From the IMG/VR virus record IMGVR_UViG_3300045451_000008, positions 32,001-96,000 of that record: a stretch of 64,000 nt of DNA; one strand, 5' to 3'. The notes under the pieces were generated by a model. It was not told the DNA's origin, did not search any database, and worked only from the letters and a program-made list of their open reading frames with translations. Source of the DNA: a virus. A program made the position numbers and the translations under genes. Positions 10,828 to 21,317 of the stretch are shown here, piece after piece (the first letter of the stretch is position 1; each line of letters starts with the position of its first letter).

Positions 10828-11952
10828 ATGGGCTTGAAGAAGTTCCTCGACCAGCACGGGATCGAGGTCATCGAGACGGATGCCGGAATCCATCTGCGCT
10901 CCAAGCAGGTGCCGTTGGTGACCAAGGTCCGGACCGTGGATGAGGTGATTCAGGAGAAGCAGGACCGCGCCCAGGCAATTCGGCAGAGCCTTCACTACGG
11001 CGCCGAGGCATCCCGCCTCTTCGACGGCGTGCCCAAGAGCTTCCCGGGTGACGGTGTGCCCGAGGGCAAGATCGACTGGGGCACTGAGACCATCCCGCAG
11101 GAGGACTCCGTGGCGCCTCCGGTCAAGCGCGGCATCCTCATCGGCCTGGGAGGTCGTCTCCGCCACGGCAAGGACGAGGTGGCTGACGCCCTGGTGGGTC
11201 AGTACGAGTTCCAGAAGTACGGCATGAGCGACCCGCTCAACGAGGCGCTCCTGACCCTCAACCCCATCGTGGTCGCCACCACCAAGCTCGACCAGGGCGG
11301 GGAGAGCGACCGGGTCGTCTCGGAGAAGGTCTACTACCGCGACCTGCACGCCAGGGTCGGCTACGTCGAGGCGAAGAAGAATCCGGAGGTGCGGCGCCTG
11401 CTTCAGATGCTGGGCACGGATGTGGGCCGCAAGATGATCGACCCGGACATCTGGGTCAAGATCGCTCGCGAGCGCATCGAGAAGTCGCTGTCCGAGGGCA
11501 AGAACGTCGTCATCACGGCCATCCGGTTCCCCAACGAGGTGAGCATGGTCGAGAAGCTGGGCGGGGCGCTGGTCTGGGTCCACCGGCCTGGCAAGGAGTT
11601 CGAGCCGTCCAAGGACGCACACGCCAGTGAGACGAGCGTGAACATCCAGAACTTCCCCATCACGCTCCACAACGACGGGGAGCTGAACCAGATCCCCTTC
11701 CTGGCGGAGACGGCCTTCAAGTTCATCAAGGACAACATCCGTCCCGAGGGCTACACGGGAGGTTTCGGCTACTCCTTCTCGGCCAAGAAGCTCTTCGATG
11801 ACATCCAGAAGGTGGCCAAGAAGCTCAACGGCGCGGCGGTGGGCATCGACCTCGAAGGCAAGGTCACGCTCGCGGTGCCGAAGGGGACCCTCTACGGCAA
11901 GTCGAGTGACACCCGGAGGATGCCCCGGGGCTTCAGCATCATCGGGGACTAG
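10828..11952 (+). CDS. Deoxynucleoside monophosphate kinase with N- and C-terminal extensions
   Basis: LIGLGGRLRHGKD P-loop, RRLLQMLGTDVGR, VVITAIRFPNE, HASE: T4 gp1-like dNMP kinase motifs. Confidence 0.88.
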   Translation: MGLKKFLDQHGIEVIETDAGIHLRSKQVPLVTKVRTVDEVIQEKQDRAQAIRQSLHYGAEASRLFDGVPKSFPGDGVPEGKIDWGTETIPQEDSVAPPVKRGILIGLGGRLRHGKDEVADALVGQYEFQKYGMSDPLNEALLTLNPIVVATTKLDQGGESDRVVSEKVYYRDLHARVGYVEAKKNPEVRRLLQMLGTDVGRKMIDPDIWVKIARERIEKSLSEGKNVVITAIRFPNEVSMVEKLGGALVWVHRPGKEFEPSKDAHASETSVNIQNFPITLHNDGELNQIPFLAETAFKFIKDNIRPEGYTGGFGYSFSAKKLFDDIQKVAKKLNGAAVGIDLEGKVTLAVPKGTLYGKSSDTRRMPRGFSIIGD

Positions 11953-11962
11953 CTCACCCTCT

Positions 11963-11999
11963 CGAAGGCCCTCTGTCGTGTGGCAGGGGGCCTTCGTTG
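11963..11999 (+). terminator. Terminator hairpin
   Basis: CGAAGGCCCTCTG / CAGGGGGCCTTCG followed by TTGT. Confidence 0.75.
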
Positions 12000-12000
12000 T

Positions 12001-12032
12001 GAGTTGACATATGACAACCCCCATGGGAAGCT
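12001..12032 (+). promoter_or_regulatory. Palindromic box/promoter copy 6
   Basis: TTGACA 12004-12009, 17 nt, GAAGCT 12027-12032, ATG 12039. Confidence 0.8.
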
Positions 12033-12038
12033 GGAGCC

Positions 12039-12254
12039 ATGGACACGATCAACAAGAAGCTCACGGAGGCTCTGGAGGGCGTTCTGTGCAGGCACTGCGG
12101 CGGTGGCCCCATCGTGGTCGAGAACCGCTTCGAGGCCAAGGACATCGGAGAGTTCTCTCTCGCAGGCGTTCAGATGAAGTTCTCGGGAGGCTTCTGGCCC
12201 TGGGCCAAGTGCCTGAACTGCGGCCACCAGTCGAGGGGTCAGGTCGAAGCATGA
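12039..12254 (+). CDS. Small zinc-ribbon protein
   Basis: CRHCGG...CLNCG. Confidence 0.75.
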   Translation: MDTINKKLTEALEGVLCRHCGGGPIVVENRFEAKDIGEFSLAGVQMKFSGGFWPWAKCLNCGHQSRGQVEA

Positions 12255-12644
12255 GCGGCGCGTTCTGGCTGGGCTACTTCACCGTCCCCCTCCTGCTCCT
12301 CGGGATCTGCCTGGTGTGGGGCGCCTACTCCATCGCCTCCAACCTCTGGAACAAGATTCACGTCGCCTGGTGCGTCAAGGTGCCGCTGGCCAAGGACAAG
12401 GCTCGCGTGGACATCGTTGACGGCAAGCTGGAGATCGACTCGTCCGACAGCTACGTCACCTCGGCCAACCTCATCCGAGACGCACTCCTGGAGAGCCCCA
12501 AGCTCTACTCGATGCACGGGCTCGGATGGCGCATCATGCTGGTGCGCGACATCCGGGACAAGAAGTGACCTCCATCGTCTACGTCCACGGTCAGCCCATC
12601 ATCATCGGCGCTACCGACCAGACCCTCATCTTCAAGGACTCCTC

Positions 12645-13130
12645 ATGGCAACGCACGCGGTCATCTTTGACGTCGATGGCACCCTGGCTGACGTCAGTGG
12701 TGTCCGCCATTACGTCATCCCTCGATTCATCGAGCGAGACGGACGCCTTCGGCCTGCGGGGAAGAACTTCGAGAAGTTCCACGCCGGGGCCTCTCTGGTC
12801 CACCCCGTCCCTGGAGTAGTCGAGGCAGCTCAGGCCCTGCACAAGGCGGGCTTCGTCATCGTCGTCATGACCTCGCGCAAGCAGCGCTGGGAGTTCCAGA
12901 CCATCCAGTGGCTCAACAAGTGGCAGGTGCCGTGGCACCTCTTGGCCATGCGGGACGACGCCGACGAGCGCAAGGACAACCTCGTGAAAGAGGACCTCCT
13001 GAACAAGATTCACGAGCGCTTCCCCGAGCTGAAGGTCCACCTGGCCTTCGATGACAACCCGACCGTCATCGCTCTCTGGCGCCGTCTGGGCATCCCCGTG
13101 GTGCGCGTGCCCGGCTGGATCGAGGACTGA
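12645..13130 (+). CDS. HAD-family phosphatase (polynucleotide kinase 3'-phosphatase-like domain)
   Basis: IFDVDGTL, MTSR, LAMRDDADERKDNLVK, AFDDNP motifs. Confidence 0.88.
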   Translation: MATHAVIFDVDGTLADVSGVRHYVIPRFIERDGRLRPAGKNFEKFHAGASLVHPVPGVVEAAQALHKAGFVIVVMTSRKQRWEFQTIQWLNKWQVPWHLLAMRDDADERKDNLVKEDLLNKIHERFPELKVHLAFDDNPTVIALWRRLGIPVVRVPGWIED

Positions 13131-13975
13131 TGCTGGAACTTCTGGCCCAGTCGGTTGTCTTCTCGGGGATTATTGCGGCGGGGTTGACTGGCTTTGTAAT
13201 TCATCAAAAAGCCAGTCAACCCCGAGCAAGAAATAAAGCAATAGCCGAGGCAGAACATGAGCAGTTGAAATCCACCATGACTGCCATGTTTCACGAGAAG
13301 CAGAAGAGTCAAGCCGACCTATACGAGATGCACACTCAGCTTGCGCGAAACACGGAGAACCGGAAAAAGGTTCAAGTAGCGCTTCAAGAGCTAGATGACA
13401 AGCTCGCTCAGGAACGCGTGGAGAAGTACCGACTGGAAGCAGAGCTGGCTGAGCTTCGTTTGAAGGCTCGCAGGGAGAACAAGACCTACGTCTCTCCCGT
13501 GGGTCACTTCGACATCCCGGAAGGTACTCCCCCAGGGCTTGTATCTCGGGACGAAACCGGTCGCATCACCAACTTCGCTCCCGAGGTGCCCGCCCTCCGT
13601 GTCAACGACGGGATTCACCCGAACAAGCCGACCTACCAGCTCATCGCGGACGAGGACGCTCTCTTCTACACGCTCCAGAACGAACTCCTGGCGCTGAAGA
13701 CTCCTCCGAGCAAGAAGCCCGCCCCTCCCATCTACGGCTCCAAGCCGGACACCACTCCCGCACACACCGTGCTGGACGAACCTCAGAAGGACGACATGAA
13801 CCCCGACATCATCTCCAAGGAGGACCTCTGCATGGCGCTGGGCATCTCCCTCCACGGTGACCCTCAGCTCTCCGTGGAGCACCAGAAGGACGGCTCGTCC
13901 ATCCTCACCTTCGTGCAGACCAAGGGCGCGGCGCCGGTCCGCGCTCGCATCAACCTGGAGATCCTCGATGCCTAA
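13130..13975 (+). CDS. Membrane-anchored coiled-coil protein
   Basis: Hydrophobic N-terminus, heptad-rich segment; the 5' part is AT-rich. Confidence 0.65.
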   Translation: MLELLAQSVVFSGIIAAGLTGFVIHQKASQPRARNKAIAEAEHEQLKSTMTAMFHEKQKSQADLYEMHTQLARNTENRKKVQVALQELDDKLAQERVEKYRLEAELAELRLKARRENKTYVSPVGHFDIPEGTPPGLVSRDETGRITNFAPEVPALRVNDGIHPNKPTYQLIADEDALFYTLQNELLALKTPPSKKPAPPIYGSKPDTTPAHTVLDEPQKDDMNPDIISKEDLCMALGISLHGDPQLSVEHQKDGSSILTFVQTKGAAPVRARINLEILDA

Positions 13976-14197
13976 GGCGCGCGTCTCCCACTGGCTCACG
14001 GAGGTCCGCACGGTGCACTCCCGTGCTATTAGCGCTCTGCGGGCCATGGACTACCTGGAGAAACCAGGTGTGGTCGAGCAGATGTCCAAGTACTACCCCG
14101 ACGAGCAGTGGCCAGACGAGCTGGCTCAGGACATGCGGGCCGACCTCGAACAGGTGGTCTTCCTCCTGGAGCCCTACAGCAAGGAAGCGATGAAGGG

Positions 14198-14229
14198 GAG
14201 TTGACATCTGACAACTCTTCCCGTAACGT
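14198..14229 (+). promoter_or_regulatory. Palindromic box/promoter copy 7
   Basis: TTGACA 14201-14206, 17 nt, TAACGT 14224-14229, ATG 14237. Confidence 0.85.
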
Positions 14230-14612
14230 CTCTCTCATGAGCGACTTCAAGGCCCGGCTGAGGCTGGCCAAGCACCTTCTCCGCGGCAATGCCGTCCTGT
14301 ACGGCGTGCACTTCTCTCAGCACGTGGAGCTGGCCGGGAAGATCTCGGGCGCTCCCATCGAAACCGAGGAGTGCTTCTTCGAGGAGGGCGTCAGCTCTCT
14401 GGAAGATGGTCACTACGACCTCTCCTCGGGAGCCGTTCGAGTCAGGAAGGAAGAAGCATGACCCCCGAAGAGAAGCTCGCGGAGATCCTCCGCATGCTCG
14501 ACCAGCACGACTCCCTGGAGCGCGACGAGGTCGAGATCTCCACCCATGGCGGGTGGGTCTCGCTCCGAGACTTCATCCAGGACAACTGACCACCCACAAC
14601 GAAAGAAGAATC

Positions 14613-15068
14613 ATGGGCAACGACTCCTGGCGCGATGAGCGCCGAGAACTGAACCGCGTCGGTCGCTGGGGCATCGGGTGGTGGATCGTCATCGTCGTGG
14701 TGGGGCTCCTCATCAGCGGCGCCGTCTGGGGCCTGACCGTCGCTCTCTCCGGCCCCCGGGGTCAGGGTGACGCGATCATCGAGAAGAACTCGGCCGAGAA
14801 CTGGGTCGCGGCTCAGGCTGGCTTCGAGCGCGACTACCAGGAGATCCTCACCACCGACCTGAAGATCACGAACGCCTACCAGGCGTGGCAGGCCGACACG
14901 GAGGACAAGACCCTTCAGACGAACTACGAGGGTCTGAAGAGCTACTGCCTCAGCAAGGTCTCCAGCTACAACGCCGACGCTCGGTCCTTCCTCTCGCAGG
15001 ACTTCCGCTCGGCCGACCTCCCGTCCGAGATCCCCCTCACCAACTCCACCACCGACTGCAAGGAATGA
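14613..15068 (+). CDS. Single-pass membrane protein
   Basis: TM segment WWIVIVVVGLLISGAVWGLTV followed by a helical domain. Confidence 0.8.
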   Translation: MGNDSWRDERRELNRVGRWGIGWWIVIVVVGLLISGAVWGLTVALSGPRGQGDAIIEKNSAENWVAAQAGFERDYQEILTTDLKITNAYQAWQADTEDKTLQTNYEGLKSYCLSKVSSYNADARSFLSQDFRSADLPSEIPLTNSTTDCKE

Positions 15069-15070
15069 CT

Positions 15071-15559
15071 ATGAAGCTGAACCGCATCGGAATGCTCACC
15101 GCGGGAGCCATCGTGGCCTCGCTCGCCCTCTCGGGGTGCGTGACCGACCCGGACGCCACCGCGGCGTACGACAAGCGCCAGGAGCAGCAGAAGGAGACCA
15201 CGCTGAACGACTCCATCGCGCTGGACAACCTGAAGAAGAAGCGCGATCTGGAGAACGACCCGAACAAGGTCCGGTACATCTACCTGATGAACTTCGGCCA
15301 GATCGTCGGCTACTACGTCTCGGTCGGCAACATCACGTCGAACGCGTCGCAGATGGCGCCTGAGCAGGAGATCGTGCGCCGGACCGAGGCTTCCGACGCC
15401 CTCGTGGTCGATTCGGCCTCCGACGACGGCACGTTCGGTGCGGGGGACCCCGGAATCTTCTTCTTCACCTCGGACGGAACCATGGTGGTCACCTCTCTCG
15501 ACTACATCCAGTCGGACCAGCCGCTCGCCATCGACGTTCCCCGCCTCGATCCCCAGTAG
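15071..15559 (+). CDS. Lipoprotein
   Basis: Signal peptide with lipobox LALSG|C; YIYL...DDGTFG...IFFFTSDG. Confidence 0.82.
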   Translation: MKLNRIGMLTAGAIVASLALSGCVTDPDATAAYDKRQEQQKETTLNDSIALDNLKKKRDLENDPNKVRYIYLMNFGQIVGYYVSVGNITSNASQMAPEQEIVRRTEASDALVVDSASDDGTFGAGDPGIFFFTSDGTMVVTSLDYIQSDQPLAIDVPRLDPQ

Positions 15560-18077
15560 TGAACGCTGAATCAATCGTGCGGGACCTCGTTATGTGGCAG
15601 CTCAGGCTTCGTAAGCCTCAGGCCGTCATCAACAACGGGGTCCCGTACCCGGAGCTTCGTGCTCTGGAGCCCATCCCCGAATTCGGACAGGGTCGCCTCG
15701 TCGTCATGTCCGAACTGACCTGGAACATGCTCGTGGAGAAAGTAGGACTGGAAGAGATGCTCAAGCGAATGACGGTCCCTGAGGGGGAGTACGGCCTGGT
15801 GCCGGAAGACGTCAAGGACGACCTGGACTGGAAGCTCTTCAGTGCCGGGACCACCATCTACATCGGCACTGACGGCGTCCGAGTGACCCGGGCTCGCTCC
15901 ATCCAGGAGGCCAAGGACCTTCTCTGGAGCTACCTCCTGGTCCGTGAGGGCTCCTACGAGGCCGCACGCGCCGCTCTGCCGACCGATGAGCAGTGGGCAG
16001 GAGCACGGCGTCGCTGGACCCGTGCCAGCCGCTTGTACGACCGCTGGGCGCCGGGGCGAATCCGCGTCATCATCCTCGACCCGAAGAAGGCATCGTGACC
16101 ATCCAGATCTACGAACTCTCCTACCTCCAGGTCCAGAACATCGGGGAGTACCTCGCCGCGCTGAACTCGGTGGACTCCGAGGACGTGACCCCCTTCGATG
16201 ACAAGAAGGCCTTCGGCAGTGGCTACTACGCCGCCATCGTCGGAGTCATCCCGGTCCAGTCCGACGCTTCCGGCGCCGACGAGCTTCTCGGCTGGCTGGT
16301 GCGTGGTGACCACGAGTGGGGTTTCACCCAGGACCCCGCCCGAGCGAGCCAGGATCCTTCGCTCTACAGCATCAGCACGCCGCTGAAGCCTCCGTTCGCG
16401 TCCCAGCCTCTGCCGTCGCCGTGAGCAGGCCTGACGCTGACGGCATCCTCGTCAAGGAGATCCTGATTGCCCCGAGGCTTCTCGTGGAGCAGGAGAACTG
16501 GGGCGAGATGCAGAACTTCGCACTGGTCATCACGTGGCGGGGTGTCCAGGAAGACGAGGGTGACCGAGCCCGAGGAGGCTACGGCGTCCAGGGTGGGCAG
16601 TTCAAGTGGCTCTCGCGTACGGGCAAGTGGGCTTCGTACGTCGAGCCTTACCAGCAGTGGCAGTACCGCTGGGCCACCATCGAGGAGGCCATGAAGGTGG
16701 CGCTCGAACACCGCGACGACATCAGGGTCAACGGCAAGACGTACTCCGAGTGGTACGGCAACATGAATCAGGAGCAGAGCAATGGCTAAGCACGACGGCA
16801 CCGAGTTCGAGAACGGCGATCAGGTCCGCGTCAAGAAGACGCGGGAGGTCCTCTTCCTCTTCGACATCAACGACAAGAGCGCGAAGGAGCGCGAAGAGGC
16901 GGACGAGTACTGGAGTGAGGCGGCGCGCGACCTCGACACCTACGAGGGCATGCGGGACATCGACAGCCCCGACGATGTCGAGCTGGTCACCAAGGCCAAG
17001 GACGTCATCCCGGCCAAGGTCCCCACGCTGGCGGAGCTGTCCGAGTACGTCTCCAGCGCCCTGCACAGCGGCTTCGGCCCGCTCACCGTGGACGAGTCCG
17101 ACATCGGAACGAACCCCAACGGCAAGGTCGAGTTCTACGGGCGCAGCGCCACGGGCAAGCGCTTCGGTGCGCTCATCACCATCTCCGAGGTTGTGGCTAC
17201 AGACTTCTGAGATGACCGAAGCTACACACTCTTCAAGAGCTGTCCTCGTCCAGAGGCTGGAAGTCCTCAACCGCTATCTCGGCTCGCCTCTCATCGCAGA
17301 AGCGATTGCTGAGCTTCAGGTCAGAGACGCTGGTTTCCAGCGCGGGGCCACTCAGGCACTCCAGTCTGTGTGGGCCAGTGGACAACCTCTTGGAAACGTT
17401 CCTAAGACCGTGGGCGTCCGTATCTCTAGCAGCAAGATTCGCCGGATTGCGGACGCCCTTGGTGCGCATCCCTCCGCTGTCAGCGACCTCAATCGAGGCA
17501 GCGCTTACCAGAAGAGTCAACAGTGATAGTCGTCACCTACCTGCGCGAGGGCAACGTAGACCCCGTGCTCGCGTTCTGCCCCACCACCGAAGGGCTCAGG
17601 GTTACTCTCGACTACATCGAGGCCAAGCCTGGGCTCACCCTCCTCAACCTGAAGGAAGCATCATGACCAAGAAGAAGCCCGTCAAGATCATCGACACCGC
17701 GCTCTCCACCAAGGACTCGCCGTACTTCCCCAAGACCCTGGAGGGCGCCGAGCAGCCCGAGGAGGGCTTCGAGACGGAGCAGGAGGCGGCGGAGTGGTTC
17801 GATGAGGCGAACATCCAGCACGTCTCCTTCGGCAAGCTCAACGCCGAGGGCTCCCGGTTCATCTTCCTCAAGGTCTGACGTGATCGAGGCCGATGAGCAG
17901 ATTCTTCTTGGGACGCTGACGAGGCACGACCTCATGATCGCGTCCCAAGAGAACCTCAATTTCATCAGCTTGCTGGAGCGGCTCGGTCGCATCGAGGTCT
18001 GGGAGCGGAACAACTTCCCCAGCGGTGAGGAATACCGCATCCTGACCAAGACCCCGTGCATCACCGGCCTCAGGTAG
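15559..18077 (+). other. Run of hypothetical genes (15559-16098, 16095-16424, 16421-16789, 16782-17210, 17212-17526, 17663-17878, ~17880-18077)
   Basis: Coupled ORFs. Confidence 0.65.
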
Positions 18078-18106
18078 TTGACATCTGACAACTCTGGACC
18101 TAGCCT
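18075..18106 (+). promoter_or_regulatory. Palindromic box/promoter copy 8
   Basis: TTGACA 18078-18083, 17 nt, TAGCCT 18101-18106, ATG 18113. Confidence 0.85.
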
Positions 18107-18666
18107 GGCACCATGTCGAAGAGGAAAGCGCAGCGTCACCTGGAGAGCAAGTTCCGTGTCTCTCCCATGGACGAGAACGCCATCAAGCAGAAGCTCGCGC
18201 ATCAGGCCAAGGAGGCAGAGCGCGAGCGAGAACTACAGGGCTACGCGATGCTCCTCGCGCGCCAAGCAGCCGCCCGCATGGGCACCGCATCCTGGGAGGT
18301 ATTCCGATGAAGGCCAAGGCCACCGCCGACTACGCCAAGTACCGCGCCGAGCTGAAGGCGGCAACCGACGCCCTTGGTGTCCGGCCCGTCTCGGACGTCC
18401 GTCAGGAGCTGCACGACCAGCTCATCACCCGGCTCACCAGCAATGTCGATCCCGCGTTCTCCGACGAGGAGGCAGAGAAGATTCTGGCCTACTACGTCGC
18501 TCTCTCCCGCCAGGACTCCAAGGAGTCCCCGTGACCTGGGAGCTAGTCGGCGCCGCTATCGCGGTGTTCTACATCCTCGTGCTCGTCCCCTTCGCCCTCA
18601 TCGTGGCCACAGTGAGCTTCATGCGCTACTTCCTCCCCACCACCACAACAAGAATCGAGGCTCCGC

Positions 18667-19272
18667 GTGAGCAGTTCTACTCCGACCGGCGCTAAGTCGA
18701 TCAGCGCCAACAAGTACGCCCGCGTCATCGAGCGCGTGACCGGCGTGACCCAGTACGGGCGCGGGTGCATCATGCTCGACATCGAAGGTCCCCTCGTGAC
18801 GGAGAAGGAGATCCGCGGCTTCGGCCTGGAGCCCTACTTCTCCGAGAACCCCAAGCTCTCGTACATCAAGGGCGTCGTCGGGGAGAAGAACGCGCACGTG
18901 ACCCTCCTCTACGGGCTCCTGGACACTGGTGAGGACTGGAAGGAGGCGGTGGACGCTGTGCTGGAGGAGTGGATCACCCCGCTCACCATCCAGATCGATG
19001 AGATCTCGACCTTCCCGTCCACGAACGAGGGGGAGGACTACACCGTCCTCATCGGCAAGGTCCAGGTCACGGACGATCTCCTGGAGGGCCGGGCTCTCCT
19101 GAGCTTCCTGCCGCACATCAACACCTTCACCGACTACTCCCCGCACGTCACCCTCGCGTACATCAAGGGCAAGGAGGAGGACGTGCGCGCGTCCGAGGCC
19201 TTCAAGGAGGCTCAGATCTTCCTTCTCTCCGAGACCGAGCTGAACGTCATCGGCCTGAACTACGGGCGCTGA
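18667..19272 (+). CDS. 2H phosphoesterase, Acb1-like (candidate anti-CBASS cyclic-nucleotide nuclease)
   Basis: Two HxT motifs: NAHVTLLYG and YSPHVTLAY. Confidence 0.8.
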   Translation: MSSSTPTGAKSISANKYARVIERVTGVTQYGRGCIMLDIEGPLVTEKEIRGFGLEPYFSENPKLSYIKGVVGEKNAHVTLLYGLLDTGEDWKEAVDAVLEEWITPLTIQIDEISTFPSTNEGEDYTVLIGKVQVTDDLLEGRALLSFLPHINTFTDYSPHVTLAYIKGKEEDVRASEAFKEAQIFLLSETELNVIGLNYGR

Positions 19273-19288
19273 CTCCACCTCGTTCGAC

Positions 19289-19329
19289 CAAACGCCCATC
19301 GGCTGGCCCTGTGCCCCGGTGGGCGTTTG
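19289..19329 (+). terminator. Terminator hairpin
   Basis: CAAACGCCCATCGG / CCGGTGGGCGTTTG. Confidence 0.7.
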
Positions 19330-19339
19330 CCGTATCCGG

Positions 19340-19371
19340 GAGTTGACATATGACAACCACCCAGGCAGACT
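19340..19371 (+). promoter_or_regulatory. Palindromic box/promoter copy 9
   Basis: TTGACA 19343-19348, 17 nt, CAGACT 19366-19371, ATG 19378. Confidence 0.85.
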
Positions 19372-19377
19372 GTAGGC

Positions 19378-20311
19378 ATGAGCACACAGAAGGTATGGGT
19401 CGTCATCGAGACGATTGGAGAGTACGACTACCTGGACACCGCGGTAGTCGGCGCCGCCGCCTCCGAAGAGCTGGCGGAAGAGTTCGCGCAGAAGCACCGG
19501 AGGGCCTCGTTCATCAAGGACGTGGGTGAGGCGTACCAGAACTGGAACCGCTTCCGGCAGAGCGTCCGAGACAACGTCGTCTCTTCCAAGCGCGCGGCGG
19601 AGGTCTATGCCATCCGCGGGTTGGACTGGAACAACTTCTTCACCTTCCATGCGGAAGTGTTCCGCCCCGAAGAGAGCGAAATCGTGGTCCAAGAGCTGGA
19701 CCTCATCACGACAGGAGGCCACTGATGGCTAAGAAGCAGTTCACCCCGACCGAAGAGTTGATCCTGGAGGTCCTCGTCGCTCGCACCCGTCTCGGAGAAG
19801 GTCTCTGGACCTTCGAGGGTAGGAACGCCGTCGCCCTCAGCTCCCTGGAGGAGAAGGGTTACATCCGCACGATGCACGGCGTGACCGAGAACACGATTCG
19901 CGCCGTTCTGACCAAGATGGCCACCGCCGAGTTCCTCTCTCCGAATTACCGCCCGCCCATCATCAAGCAGGTCAAGAGCAGCCTCCTCTCGCAGCTCGAA
20001 GAGATGTGCCTCGATGGAGGCAACTTCATCACCCACCGCCAGATCGTGAAGCTCCGCAAGGCGGTGGAGGAGTCGTGACCCACTACAGCGACAACCCCGG
20101 CCACGTCCGCGCCGACTTCTTCAAGGAGTCCGGCAAGTGGTACATGACCGAGACCATCAACATGGAGCCCTACTACAACGAGCTGGACATCTTCGTCGCC
20201 GTGAAGAAGGCCCTCGTTGACTCCGGTCGAGGAGATACGACCCTCATGGTCGTCGTCCTGGAGCCCTACCACCGCAACGCCTACCCCGTCTGCATCCCCG
20301 CGCGGGACTGA
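19378..20311 (+). other. Three hypothetical genes (19378-19725, 19725-20078, 20075-20311)
   Basis: Coupled ORFs after a promoter. Confidence 0.7.
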
Positions 20312-20336
20312 CCACAACAAGAATCTGGAGAACCAC

Positions 20337-20906
20337 ATGATCGTTCTGTCCGACATGGACGGCGTCCTCGCCAACTGGGACAAGCACTACGGCGAGATGC
20401 TCGCCTTCCACTTCCCTGACGCGGTGCAGGTCCCCTACGAGGAGCGCCCCTTCATGGACCCCAACAGGAGCCACTCCGAGCAGGAGGAACTCATCCGCAC
20501 CCTTCCTGGCTACTACCTGGCACTGGAGCCCATCCCGGGCGGCCTGGAAGCTCTGGAGGAGCTGGAGGCGAACGGCCACGAGGTCTTCATCTGCTCCGTG
20601 CCCTCCCTCGGGAACATCTCCTGCGCCAGCGACAAGTACGTCTGGCTGGCCGAGCACTTCGGTGAGAAGTGGGCCAAGAAGCTCATCCTCACCAAGGACA
20701 AGACCCTGGTTCTGGGCGACATCCTCGTGGACGACAAGCCGGGTCACCTCATCACCGGCGCCAACCCGCACCCGACGTGGACCCACGTGCTCTTCGACCA
20801 GCCCTACAACCACGCCTTCGACGCCGAGTTCCGCATGCGCGGCTGGGACGAGCAGGGCGTCATCTACGAGGCGCTGGCGGTGCGGAACCAGCCCGTGGAC
20901 TTCTGA
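20337..20906 (+). CDS. 5'(3')-deoxyribonucleotidase (NT5C-like HAD)
   Basis: DMDGVLANW, LEPIPG, DKYVWLAEHF, LILTKDKTLVLGDILVDDKP, LFDQPYN. Confidence 0.92.
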   Translation: MIVLSDMDGVLANWDKHYGEMLAFHFPDAVQVPYEERPFMDPNRSHSEQEELIRTLPGYYLALEPIPGGLEALEELEANGHEVFICSVPSLGNISCASDKYVWLAEHFGEKWAKKLILTKDKTLVLGDILVDDKPGHLITGANPHPTWTHVLFDQPYNHAFDAEFRMRGWDEQGVIYEALAVRNQPVDF

Positions 20907-21262
20907 TGGCCCGTCCTCACACCTACGACCTCGCAACCGTCGTGAGACTGACGAAGCGGGGCCTGTCGGCCAGTGAGATCGGACGGCGTCTCGATGTCTC
21001 TGCTCGGACCATCGAGCGAGCACGAGACGCCGCGGGGCTGGCTCAGACCCGGAACCTACCGCCCTTCGAGGAGAGGCTGGCCATCGCTCAGCGCATCTAC
21101 GAGGACGGCGGGGCACTCAAGCATGCGCAGGAACTGGCTCACATCGGAGCGAAGCACCTGCGGAAGCTCTTCCCTGACTGGGAGCCTTGGGATCAGAAGC
21201 AGGTCAGCGACATCGGCAACATCGCCCGGTCAGTGGCGCAGCTCCCCAACCGCCTCTACTGA
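20906..21262 (+). CDS. Helix-turn-helix DNA-binding protein
   Basis: RLTKRGLSASEIGRRLDVSARTIERAR. Confidence 0.8.
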   Translation: MARPHTYDLATVVRLTKRGLSASEIGRRLDVSARTIERARDAAGLAQTRNLPPFEERLAIAQRIYEDGGALKHAQELAHIGAKHLRKLFPDWEPWDQKQVSDIGNIARSVAQLPNRLY

Positions 21263-21264
21263 CA

Positions 21265-21310
21265 AACAAGAATCGCCCCTCTGGCCGAAGCTGGAGGGGC
21301 GATTCTTGTT
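21265..21310. terminator. Bidirectional terminator at converging transcription units
   Basis: AACAAGAATCGCCCCTC / GAGGGGCGATTCTTGTT between converging stop codons. Confidence 0.85.
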
Positions 21311-21317
21311 GTGCGGG

